Assembly: GCA_963697335.1 (NCBI GenBank)
Contig: CAVONQ010000014.1
Span: 1-64,000 of the forward strand
DNA from: an uncultured cyanobacterium
Lineage (GTDB): Bacteria; Cyanobacteriota; Cyanobacteriia; PCC-6307; Cyanobiaceae
DNA length: 64,000 nucleotides
Reading direction: 5' to 3'
Shown one piece after another: positions 52,897 to 61,223 of the stretch (positions within the stretch are counted from its first letter, which is position 1; each line of letters opens with the position of its first letter). Below the pieces are notes generated by a model that was not told where the DNA came from, did no database searches, and saw only the letters and a program-made list of their open reading frames with translations. Made by a program: the position numbers and the translations under genes.

Positions 52897-53721
52897 ATGC
52901 CATTCTTGATCAATCCACGGCCGTCCCCCCTTGGCGAGTCTGCCAAGCCATCTCGTCCTCTGTTTATCTATCTGCCCGGGATGGATGGCACTGGAGACCT
53001 GTTGCGAACTCAACTTTCCGGGTTGCAAGCCTCATTCGATATCCGATGCCTTTCCATTCCCTCTAATGACATCACTGGTTGGGATAGACTGGTTGAACAG
53101 GTAGCTCGGTTGATCGCCAAGGAGCAGCGCCCGGTTCAATCTCGCCCCATCTATATCTGTGGCGAATCCTTTGGTGGCTGCCTGGCTTTGCGGCTTGCAG
53201 CTTCCTTCCCTGACATCTGCCAACATCTGATTCTTGTCAATCCTGCCACATCTGCTTTCCATCAACCGTGGGTCAGCCTAGGAGCATCAATCACACAACG
53301 CTTGCCTCCCTCACTATATCGGTTATCAACCTTTGGTCTGCTCCCTCTTCTGATCCAGCCACAACGAGTCTCCCTGGCTAATCAACAGGCTTTATTGCAA
53401 GCCATGCAATCGGTTTCCCCCAGAAGTGCGGCCTGGAGGATTTCCCTGCTTGCCAAGTTCGCGGTTGAGTCGCTGCCGTTGAGACGAATCCTGCAGCCCG
53501 TCCTGCTGCTGGCGTCAGGTGCAGACCGGCTCCTTCCATCCCTTGACGCAGCAGGGAGACTCGCCCGACAACTGCCGAACGCCCGTACCGTGCAGCTTCC
53601 AGACAGTGGTCACGCCTGCCTGCTGGAATCCGAGGTGAACCTCGCCAAGCTGTTGAAGTCAACAGATTTCTTTGATCCTTCCAGCCGCGCCCGTCCCCTA
53701 AGCCTGAGCCACGGTCATTGA
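52897..53721 (+). CDS. Alpha/beta hydrolase
   Basis: YLPGMDGTG, GESFGG nucleophile elbow, DRLLPS, SGHACLLE. Confidence 0.88.
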   Translation: MPFLINPRPSPLGESAKPSRPLFIYLPGMDGTGDLLRTQLSGLQASFDIRCLSIPSNDITGWDRLVEQVARLIAKEQRPVQSRPIYICGESFGGCLALRLAASFPDICQHLILVNPATSAFHQPWVSLGASITQRLPPSLYRLSTFGLLPLLIQPQRVSLANQQALLQAMQSVSPRSAAWRISLLAKFAVESLPLRRILQPVLLLASGADRLLPSLDAAGRLARQLPNARTVQLPDSGHACLLESEVNLAKLLKSTDFFDPSSRARPLSLSHGH

Positions 53722-53748
53722 GATGGCGAGTCCTGACGATCAAGACAA

Positions 53749-53773
53749 AACCTCCGGGCTAAGCCCGGAGGTT
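53749..53773. terminator. Intrinsic terminator between convergent units
   Basis: AACCTCCGGGCT-A-AGCCCGGAGGTT perfect inverted repeat, T-rich tail on the minus strand. Confidence 0.75.
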
Positions 53774-53823
53774 GACGACCATCTCGCATCAGCGAGGGTA
53801 GGGAATCGGCTATGGGGTGCCGA

Positions 53824-53943
53824 TCATCGAGGCTCCAAAGGAGCGAGATCGCTGGGGCGGGAGAGAACAAATCCCACCATCCCGGTCAGGAGGACGACAA
53901 GGGCGATGACACTGATAATGGCGGCGGAGTAGTCAGTACTCAT
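53824..53943 (-). CDS. 39-aa single-TM microprotein downstream of hli
   Basis: MSTDYSAAIISVIALVVLLTGMVGFVLSRPSDLAPLEPR; starts 5 nt after the hli stop. Confidence 0.55.
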   Translation of the reverse strand: MSTDYSAAIISVIALVVLLTGMVGFVLSRPSDLAPLEPR

Positions 53944-53948
53944 GGCGA

Positions 53949-54092
53949 TCAACCCAGGCCGATCTGGGACAGGATGCCCTGGCCGGTGAGCAACTCGGTG
54001 GAGAGTCCGATCACGAAGCCGAGCATGGCGAGACGGCCGTTCCAGGTTTCAGCAAAAGCGCTGAAGCCAAAGCGGGCGGAGGAGTCGGACAT
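53949..54092 (-). CDS. hli: High-light-inducible protein
   Basis: AETWNGRLAMLGF...ELLTGQG. Confidence 0.93.
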   Translation of the reverse strand: MSDSSARFGFSAFAETWNGRLAMLGFVIGLSTELLTGQGILSQIGLG

Positions 54093-54115
54093 GGCTGTGG
54101 TGCGGTGTTCTGACA

Positions 54116-54133
54116 ATTGTAACACTATGTAAA
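54116..54133 (-). promoter_or_regulatory. HLR1 (RpaB-binding) element
   Basis: TTTACATA-GT-GTTACAAT fits (G/T)TTACA(A/T)(A/T)-N2-(G/T)TTACA(A/T)(A/T), 23 nt upstream of hli. Confidence 0.85.
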
Positions 54134-54455
54134 GGGCGTGTCGAGGCATCCGCCGGCACGGACCCGTCACCCATCGCTGCCTTCCTCAGCGATCCGATGA
54201 CCCCATGGATCAGGCCGTATTGGCCATCGTCCGGGGCTTGGGAAGGGACCTGGACAGTGGCAGCTTCTTGGAGGTGGCCACGGAGGGCTCGGCACTGGAG
54301 GCTCCGATTGCTTCCCCGGTGGCCCGCATCAGACCGGGCAGGGAGACCACCAACAGATGGCAAGCTCGGCAATGGAATTGGTCATGAAAAGTCTCTAACC
54401 TTTTTGTAATGTGGATTGGGATGTGACCCGTTAAGGGATCTGGTTGACAGGCAGA

Positions 54456-54749
54456 TCAGCCGTGATGGAGCAAGGCGCCCAAGCCGATTTGCTGAAGAAT
54501 TCCCTGACCGGATATCATCTCGACTACCAAGCCGATCACAAAACCGAGCATGGCCAAACGTCCATTGAGAATCTCCGCGCGGCGGTGAAATCCCCAGCCG
54601 CTGTCATTATTCTGGTCGGCCAGGTACATTCGCGGTTCAATCACACGTGGATCGAGCAACTGGTTGTCTTCGGAATCCCACATTCCGCCTTCTGATTCAG
54701 CATGGCTGGCGATAGACGGCGGCTTTTGGCTCTTGCTTGAAGCTGACAT
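54456..54749 (-). CDS. hli: High-light-inducible protein with N-terminal extension
   Basis: WGFHRRAEILNGRLAMLGF...EMISGQG; start uncertain. Confidence 0.85.
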   Translation of the reverse strand: MSASSKSQKPPSIASHAESEGGMWDSEDNQLLDPRVIEPRMYLADQNNDSGWGFHRRAEILNGRLAMLGFVIGLVVEMISGQGILQQIGLGALLHHG

Positions 54750-55110
54750 GGCGATAAGTCCCTTGGAGAATTCTGAGATTGGCTCGAAGAAGTAGCGCTT
54801 GACAGGAATAGTCAGACCATGAAGCACTGGCCCAAGGAGCTTCGTGAATTTTTGATGCGCTTCGACACGGACCTGATCGATCACGATCAGGTTTCCTCTT
54901 CATGAGTTCAGCCTAGGTCGAAAAGATGGCTCCGCATCACCTGAGCTTTCACCATGCCAGTCAATGACGGATTCCCCTTCCTGCTCTGATCAGCCAGGCA
55001 AGGCCAATCGGTGCATCCAGGCGGGAACCCGCACCAGCTGGCGAGATCCAGGGTCAGTTTCTGAAACCGTGCGAAGAGATCGTTCGGCCCCTCACGGCAA
55101 GCCAGCCTGC

Positions 55111-55503
55111 TCAGCCCAGCGCAGGGGTGCAGAGCTCGACGAGGATGCCCTCCGGTGCGCGCCCATAGGACACCAGCTGCCCCGAGGCTTTCCGTAGGGG
55201 AGCTGACAACTCGGTGGCGCCTTGATCGAGGACTGAGCGATAGGCAGTGGGCACATCGGCTGTCACCAGGGCGATCTCCATGCCCAGGGGCTTGTGGGAG
55301 TCGCTGGCTCGCACGTGGCCTTGAGGTACGTTGCTCTCGCCCAGGCCGTGGGCTGCGAAGGCCAGCGTGGTGTCCCCGGTCGCCAGCTCGCCGTAGTCAC
55401 CGGATTCGTGCCGAAACTTCTGCTGGAGCTGGAAGGCCTGCGTGAAAATTACCATGGAGGCCTCCACGCTTGGCACATCAATAATCACGTATCCGAGTTT
55501 CAT
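55111..55503 (-). CDS. VOC/glyoxalase family protein
   Basis: YGELATGDTTLAF, EIALVTADV, GQLVSY...EGILVELC. Confidence 0.8.
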   Translation of the reverse strand: MKLGYVIIDVPSVEASMVIFTQAFQLQQKFRHESGDYGELATGDTTLAFAAHGLGESNVPQGHVRASDSHKPLGMEIALVTADVPTAYRSVLDQGATELSAPLRKASGQLVSYGRAPEGILVELCTPALG

Positions 55504-55566
55504 CGATGACAGAGGGGTTGGGTGCTTGATTGGCGAGGTGAAGGGCCTTCATGGCCGCTGCCCCCG

Positions 55567-55800
55567 ATGACGCCTCCGCCCAGCCCCCAGCGCTCGACCA
55601 GGCCCACGCCCCACGCACGCGACGACGGGGATGCCGATGACAGGCTTGTGGATCGGGGCATGCCCCTCGGCATGCGGTTGCTGGCCCTGGTGGGGGCGTT
55701 GTCGTTCGTGATGCTGGGCGTGAACAGCCTGCTTCCCGTGTTCCAGGTGCCACCATCCCCCCCTCCGATGCCGGATCGGCGCGACGGCGGATCAGCGTGA
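55567..55800 (+). CDS. Small single-TM hypothetical protein
   Basis: MRLLALVGALSFVMLG hydrophobic segment, Pro-rich tail. Confidence 0.55.
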   Translation: MTPPPSPQRSTRPTPHARDDGDADDRLVDRGMPLGMRLLALVGALSFVMLGVNSLLPVFQVPPSPPPMPDRRDGGSA

Positions 55801-55849
55801 TGGCAACGCCAGCTGAGCTGACGCCCCGTCGCCCTTTGATTGCATCGGC

Positions 55850-56539
55850 ATGAACGACCCCGCCGTCTGGGATCAGCTGCTGCAGCGCTATGTGGACGGT
55901 GACGGCAGGGTGGATTACGCGGGCTGGCAGAGCAGGGATCGCCACACCCTCCACGCCTGGCTGGCCGCTCAGACGGCCCATACGGAAGGCCGCCAGGAGC
56001 AGCTGGCCCACTGGATCAACCTCTACAACGCCTTCACGATCCAGGCCGTGCTGGAGGCCTACCCGATCGCCTCGATTCGCCCCAGCCTGCTGGGGCTGCC
56101 GAACTGGATCGGTTTTCTGCGCTTCTTTCAGCGGCCGGTGCATCGGCTTCAGGACGGTTGCTTCAGCCTGGCCCAGATCGAAAATCAGCTGCTGCGTCAG
56201 CTGGGGGATCCACGCATTCACTTCGCGATCGTGTGTGCCTCGCTGGGTTGTCCGTTGCTCCGCCAGGGCGCCTACCGCGCCGACGGGGTGGAGCAGCAGC
56301 TCGAGGGCGACCTCAGCCGTTTCATCACCAACCCCACCAAGGTGCGCTTCGAGCGGGAGCGCAACATCCTCTGGTGCAGCCGGATCTTCCAGTGGTACCG
56401 GGCTGACTTTCTGGCGGTGAGTGCCTCTCTGCCCAGCTACATCCTGCCGCAGTTGTGTGACGGGCTTGTCCCGGGCCCAGAGCCCCGGGTGCGGTTCCTG
56501 CCCTACGACTGGAGCCTCAATCAGCGGATGTCTTCATAG
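55850..56539 (+). CDS. DUF547-like protein
   Basis: GRVDY, WINLYNA, DPRIHFAIVCASLGCP, SRIFQWY, YDWSLN. Confidence 0.87.
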   Translation: MNDPAVWDQLLQRYVDGDGRVDYAGWQSRDRHTLHAWLAAQTAHTEGRQEQLAHWINLYNAFTIQAVLEAYPIASIRPSLLGLPNWIGFLRFFQRPVHRLQDGCFSLAQIENQLLRQLGDPRIHFAIVCASLGCPLLRQGAYRADGVEQQLEGDLSRFITNPTKVRFERERNILWCSRIFQWYRADFLAVSASLPSYILPQLCDGLVPGPEPRVRFLPYDWSLNQRMSS

Positions 56540-57252
56540 AAGCGCCGCAGGTGACGCGGTGGCAGGCCCAGGCCCCAGAGGATGCCGATGCCGAGATAGG
56601 TGGCCATGGCCTTGCCGGCCCCCCAGGCCCGCACGCGGCGATCGGAGCTCACCACCACCCGGTGGATCAGCCTGATCCTGCCCTGTTTCAGCAGCCTCAG
56701 GCAGAGGTCGCCATCCTCCAGCAGGGGCAGGGCTTCATCAAAGCCACCGCCACTCCAGAAGGTGTGGCGCCGGGTGATCATCACCTGATCGCCAAACAGC
56801 AGCCTCAGCCCCTTCAGGAACTGCAGAGGCCGAAACAGCAGTGGCGCCAGATAGGTTTTGAGCAGGTTCAGCCCCGACACCCCCCAGCAGGTGCGCTGGC
56901 CGGAGCGCATCAGGGACACAAAGCCGGCACAGGCCACCGAGGGATCGGCCAGGGCGCGTTCCGCCACCGCCACAAGATCCGTCGGGATCAGGGTGTCGGC
57001 ATGCAGGAAACAGAGCAGCGCTCCACTGGCCTGGCGGGCACCCTCATTCATCTGCACCGCCCGGCCGGTGGCCGGCGACTGGAGCACCCGCACCCCCGCC
57101 GCCGCGGCAATGGTGGTGGTGTGATCGTGGCTGCCGCCATCCACCACCAGCACCTCCCAGGCCGGTGGGTCGAGGGCCTGCACCCGCTCCAGGGTGCCGG
57201 CCAGGCAGGCGGCCTCATTGAGGGTGGGGATGATGATCGAGAGGCGCTGCAT
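56521..57252 (-). CDS. Family 2 glycosyltransferase (TIGR04283-like)
   Basis: SIIIPTLNEA, VDGGSHD, GRAVQMNEGA, FLHADT, FGDQ, SSDRR. Confidence 0.87.
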   Translation of the reverse strand: MQRLSIIIPTLNEAACLAGTLERVQALDPPAWEVLVVDGGSHDHTTTIAAAAGVRVLQSPATGRAVQMNEGARQASGALLCFLHADTLIPTDLVAVAERALADPSVACAGFVSLMRSGQRTCWGVSGLNLLKTYLAPLLFRPLQFLKGLRLLFGDQVMITRRHTFWSGGGFDEALPLLEDGDLCLRLLKQGRIRLIHRVVVSSDRRVRAWGAGKAMATYLGIGILWGLGLPPRHLRRFYEDIR

Positions 57253-57263
57253 GGGGAGTGCGC

Positions 57264-58487
57264 TCAGGGCCGGCCCACCAGGCCAAAACACGGGCCCAGG
57301 GGGCCCAGGCGCCGGATCAGGCCCTCGTAGAGGCCCACGCTGATCAGCAGGGAGCCGCCGCAGATCAGGGCGAATTTGGCGCCGATGGTGAGCGGCAGCG
57401 GCACCACCCACCAGCCCAGGCCCACCAGCACCGGCTGGTGCAGCAGGTAGAGCGGCATGGCGGCCTTGCTGCCGTAGCGCAGCAGCGGATGGGGCGCCTT
57501 GAGGAAGCGGCGCGCCAGGGCCACCAGGGCCAGCACGGCGCACCAGCTGTTCCAGCCGCGAAAGGCCTGGAACAGCTGGGCGGCACGGGACCCATCGCCC
57601 GCGGCGGGCGTGGCGCCGCAGACCGTGAGGGCCAGGAACACCGCCATGCTCAGCGCCGCCAGGGCCAGGAGGAGCCGGCGATGCCGATCCAGCACCTCCC
57701 AGAGGCCGCTGTGGTGGCAGAAGAGGTAGCCGTAGACGAAATAGAGCAGATACAGCAGCAGATTGGCCCAGTCGTCGTAGAGGTTCTGAAAGCCCGGCCA
57801 GCGGGGCCGCAGCAGGGCCTCCGAGAGCATCAGGGGCAGGGCCAGCAGCAGCACCGAACCCAGACTCACCCGCCAGCCTGGATCCCCTTCAGCTGGGCTG
57901 GGGCTGGCCTGTGTACTCAGCCAGCCCAGCAGCGGCAGGCAGAGCAGGGTGATCACCAGCAGGTAGGCCAGAAACCACAGATGGGCCCACTCGAAGTGAC
58001 CCGCCGGCCGAATCCCATCGAAGAAGTGGGGGTAGAAGCGCAGGTAGCCCAGGGCTGAATCCACGCTCTGCAGTTCGTGCACATACACCTGGGGCGGCAC
58101 CAGCACCAAAATGCCCACGCCCAGGGGCAGCAGCAGCCGTTGCAGGCGTTCCCGCAGGTACGCCCCCGCACCCCGGGCCTGCAGGGAGTACCAGCTCGCC
58201 GAGCCCGCCAGAAAGAAGAAGAAAGGCATATGCCACTGGTGCACCAGCACCAGAAAGCCCCCCAAGGCCCTGCTGCTCTCGGGATTGGTCACATAGAACG
58301 CGCCCAGATCGCCCGCGTAGAAGATCGCCGCGGCGTGGAAGGGAATCAGCAGCAGCACCGCCAGCACGCGGGCGCCGTCGAGGGCATGGCAGCGGAGATG
58401 GCCCACACCAGGCGTCGCTGCCGGGCCATCGACAGGGAGAAGGGCCAGGGGGCGGCGGCCATGGCGGCGGAGGCGCATCGATGTCAT
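57264..58487 (-). CDS. Acyltransferase family 3 (OpgC/MdoC-like) membrane protein
   Basis: LDGAR, FH, MPFFFFLAG, RLQRLLLP, HLWFL, YLLHQP. Confidence 0.87.
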   Translation of the reverse strand: MTSMRLRRHGRRPLALLPVDGPAATPGVGHLRCHALDGARVLAVLLLIPFHAAAIFYAGDLGAFYVTNPESSRALGGFLVLVHQWHMPFFFFLAGSASWYSLQARGAGAYLRERLQRLLLPLGVGILVLVPPQVYVHELQSVDSALGYLRFYPHFFDGIRPAGHFEWAHLWFLAYLLVITLLCLPLLGWLSTQASPSPAEGDPGWRVSLGSVLLLALPLMLSEALLRPRWPGFQNLYDDWANLLLYLLYFVYGYLFCHHSGLWEVLDRHRRLLLALAALSMAVFLALTVCGATPAAGDGSRAAQLFQAFRGWNSWCAVLALVALARRFLKAPHPLLRYGSKAAMPLYLLHQPVLVGLGWWVVPLPLTIGAKFALICGGSLLISVGLYEGLIRRLGPLGPCFGLVGRP

Positions 58488-58526
58488 CGCTTTACGCGCT
58501 TAGGCACATGATGCGTCTTGATTGGA

Positions 58527-59000
58527 TCAGGGGATCGCGACGCAGGCGAACTCGCTCCAGCGGCGTTCCACCAGCTCAAAGCAGGCCGGAGGCGCCGCGG
58601 GCAGCTTCCTGAGCAGGGCGATCAGCTCAGGCCCATGGCCACTCAGCAGCAGCACCAGTTCCCGCGCCGGGTCGTAGCTGTCCAGGGCTCCCAGACTCGG
58701 ACGGATCGCCGCGGGCCCCAGCCCCTGTCGGCGCAGCTGGGCAGCCACCTGGCCGCGCTCGACGTACTGGCAGCTGAAGGGCACTCCCTGCAGGCGCCAG
58801 TCGTGCTGAGGGCCGATTGGCGCAGCCAGGTGACAGATCAGCAGCCCTCGCCCGCCGGCCCGGAAGCCCCGCCAGGCGGCGTGGCCGATCAGCAGGCTGT
58901 TCTGCTCCAGAAAGCGCGGCTCCCAGGCCCCATGGCATCCCGACCCCTGGCCATGCCCGGGCATGGGCCCCCGCCAGGGCAGCGACTCAGGCCACGGCAT
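58527..59000 (-). CDS. Hypothetical protein
   Basis: ORF overlaps the desaturase stop; AWRGFRAGGRG...YDPARE...PPACFE; start uncertain. Confidence 0.65.
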   Translation of the reverse strand: MPWPESLPWRGPMPGHGQGSGCHGAWEPRFLEQNSLLIGHAAWRGFRAGGRGLLICHLAAPIGPQHDWRLQGVPFSCQYVERGQVAAQLRRQGLGPAAIRPSLGALDSYDPARELVLLLSGHGPELIALLRKLPAAPPACFELVERRWSEFACVAIP

Positions 59001-60012
59001 CGGCCTGCCCCGGTCGCGGCACCAGGCGCTCTTCCACCTGATCCCAGAGCATGAACCGCGCACAACCGAGCATGTCGCCCAGGCGCAGGGTGGGCACATC
59101 GGCCAGCAGATGGGCATTGGCCTTGTGGGCCGCCCGCAGGTTGTAGTTGGGAATGCGCTCCGAGAGGTGATGGATGTTGTGGTAGCCGATGTCGGCCGTG
59201 AACCAGCGCAGCAAGGCCGGCAGTTGCAGATAGCTGGTGCCATCCAGGGCTCCCTGCAGATGGCTCCAGCCCTCGGTGTTGTGGGCATAGGAGCCCTCGA
59301 AGATGTGCTGCACGAAGAAGATCCAGATAAAAATCGCCGCCGAGCAGGCCAGGGTCACCCCGTAGAGCCCCAGCACCAGGCCGAAACCCCAGCGCTGCCC
59401 CGCCAGGATCAACAGGCCGATCACCGCCACGTTGTTCAGCAGCAGATCCCAGAACTCAGCCGAGCGCGGCATGGCCTGGGCCCGGATCGCTCGGGAGAGC
59501 GCCTTCAGCAGCTCCAGCCTGGGCTGGATGGCGAGATAGTAAAAACCGCCCGGAATCCCCATCAGCGGATGGCGCAGCAGCCCATAGGTGGCCTGCTGCC
59601 TGGCACTGAGCTGGGCGTAGTCCGCTGTGGTGATCAGGTCAGTGACGCCGCGATAGCGCTCCCAGTCGCCATTGGTGCGGTGGTGGAAGGCGTGGTCGTT
59701 GGACCAGGCCAGCTGGGGGATGGCATTCACCAGCCCCAGGGTGAAGCCACCCACCCGGTTGAGCCAGCGGCTGCGGAACAGGGAATGGTGACCGCAGTCA
59801 TGCATCAGGGAGAAGCAGCGCAGCGAGAACAGCACCAGGGGAATCACCAGCAGGGGCAAGGCCCAGACCGCCCGCTGGGCGGCCTCAATGGCCAGGGCCC
59901 AGCAGGCCAGATAGGGGCCCACGGCGCTGAGGATCTGGAAGGCGCCGCGCCAATTGCTGCTGCGGGCGTAGGGGGCCAGGACGAAGTCGGCTGGCCGAAG
60001 ATTGGTGATCAT
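58987..60012 (-). CDS. Membrane fatty-acid desaturase
   Basis: His boxes HDCGH, HAFHH, (VQH) and HNIHH...IPNYNL. Confidence 0.92.
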   Translation of the reverse strand: MITNLRPADFVLAPYARSSNWRGAFQILSAVGPYLACWALAIEAAQRAVWALPLLVIPLVLFSLRCFSLMHDCGHHSLFRSRWLNRVGGFTLGLVNAIPQLAWSNDHAFHHRTNGDWERYRGVTDLITTADYAQLSARQQATYGLLRHPLMGIPGGFYYLAIQPRLELLKALSRAIRAQAMPRSAEFWDLLLNNVAVIGLLILAGQRWGFGLVLGLYGVTLACSAAIFIWIFFVQHIFEGSYAHNTEGWSHLQGALDGTSYLQLPALLRWFTADIGYHNIHHLSERIPNYNLRAAHKANAHLLADVPTLRLGDMLGCARFMLWDQVEERLVPRPGQADAVA

Positions 60013-60189
60013 GCAGGGGGGCGAAGGGACAAGGCCGAGGCGGGGCCCATGGGAGCCATGGCCGGGCCATGGGGCTCTCGATCGGGCGGAGTGAACGTCT
60101 GCGGCGCGTCTCAGCGCCCCTCCAGGCCCTGGCAGGCCGACAGGGGATGGGATCCGGTGCTGGAAGGAAAGGCTGTGCTCATCGTGAAA

Positions 60190-60372
60190 CCCGGTCCGCG
60201 CCGGGAGAGAGGGGGCTGATCACAACGGCGAGCGTTCTGACTGAGGGGTGCTCCCCTGAGCGAACCCCATCACAGCTGCGGGACAGCGCCGGAGTCGCAG
60301 AGGGTCCAAGAACCCTCTCCCCACCGGACTTTCCTCCTTGCGTCCAGGGTGTGAACCACTGGAACCGTCACC
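60190..60372 (-). ncRNA. Cobalamin riboswitch upstream of the desaturase
   Basis: GGTTCC...AGGAAAGTCCGGTG...ACTCCGGCGCTGTCCCGCAGCTGTGA...AGTCAGAACGCTCGCC (B12 box), then hairpin CCCGG-CGCGGA-CCGGG. Confidence 0.9.
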
Positions 60373-60413
60373 CCATTCTGGTCAGGATGGACTGGAACTG
60401 ACGCATCAGGCGT

Positions 60414-61022
60414 TCAGCGGGCTCCCAGGGCGATCGGGCCGAGCGTCAGGGCTGCGCCAGCCAGGGCGAGCAGCAGGGCCACGGCGGCGGTCCAGCGGCT
60501 GGGCAGCCGCCGCAGCACCAGGTAGCTGCTGCCGCTCACCAGCAGCGAGGCGCAGAAGGCCCCCGCCCACCACAGGGCTGAGGCGGCACCGGCCGGAGCC
60601 TCCTGCCCATGGAGCATGGCGTGCACCGCCACGGCGGTGGCAATCAGGGCGCCGCACAGCCCCAGGGCCGGAGCCCGCGGCGACTGGTGGCTGCGCAGCA
60701 CCAGCAGGGCCACCGCTGGGATGGCCAGGGCCGCCAGCAGCTCGGCACCGGGCAGGCCGCCGCCCATGGCGCCGAACACGCCTCCGGCCAGGGCACCCAC
60801 CAGCCCCCAGAGCAGCAGTTCGGCCGAGAGGTAGGAGGCCGCGGCGCCAACGGCGATCAGCAGCAGCAGATGATCGGTGCCGGCCAGGGGGTGCAGGAAG
60901 CCTCCCGCCAGGCCGCCTGAGGCCACGCTGTGGGCCTGGGCGGGCTGGCCCAGGAGCAGGGTCGTGGCAGTGGCGAGGGCCACCAGAAGGCCGAGGGAGC
61001 GGCTGGAGCGGAGGTGTTGCAT
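60414..61022 (-). CDS. hupE: HupE/UreJ family Co/Ni transporter
   Basis: Signal peptide AQAH, GFLHPLAGTDHLL, HAMLHGQE. Confidence 0.92.
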   Translation of the reverse strand: MQHLRSSRSLGLLVALATATTLLLGQPAQAHSVASGGLAGGFLHPLAGTDHLLLLIAVGAAASYLSAELLLWGLVGALAGGVFGAMGGGLPGAELLAALAIPAVALLVLRSHQSPRAPALGLCGALIATAVAVHAMLHGQEAPAGAASALWWAGAFCASLLVSGSSYLVLRRLPSRWTAAVALLLALAGAALTLGPIALGAR

Positions 61023-61029
61023 GGATTCT

Positions 61030-61177
61030 CCCGGTTTCCGCGCCGGGCAGGAAAGAACTCAAAGCGGCGAGCGTTCTGGCTCAGGAGCAGGTCTCTCCTT
61101 CACAGCTGCGGGACAGCGCCGGAGTTGCACCGGACTTTCCTCGTTGCCTTCCGGGCCTGAGCCACGGAAACCACTCC
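61030..61177 (-). ncRNA. Cobalamin riboswitch upstream of hupE
   Basis: AGGAAAGTCCGGTGCAACTCCGGCGCTGTCCCGCAGCTGTGA...AGCCAGAACGCTCGCC, then hairpin CCCGG-CGCGGAAA-CCGGG before the ATG. Confidence 0.93.
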
Positions 61178-61223
61178 TCCCCCATTGTGCTCCTGCCACG
61201 GGGATTCGGCCGCAGCCCACTGC

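Noticed and set aside
54180..54420. Possible third small gene and partial HLR1-like site between the two hli genes
   Set aside because: The frame from ATG near 54385 stops after 18 codons and the motif match is incomplete
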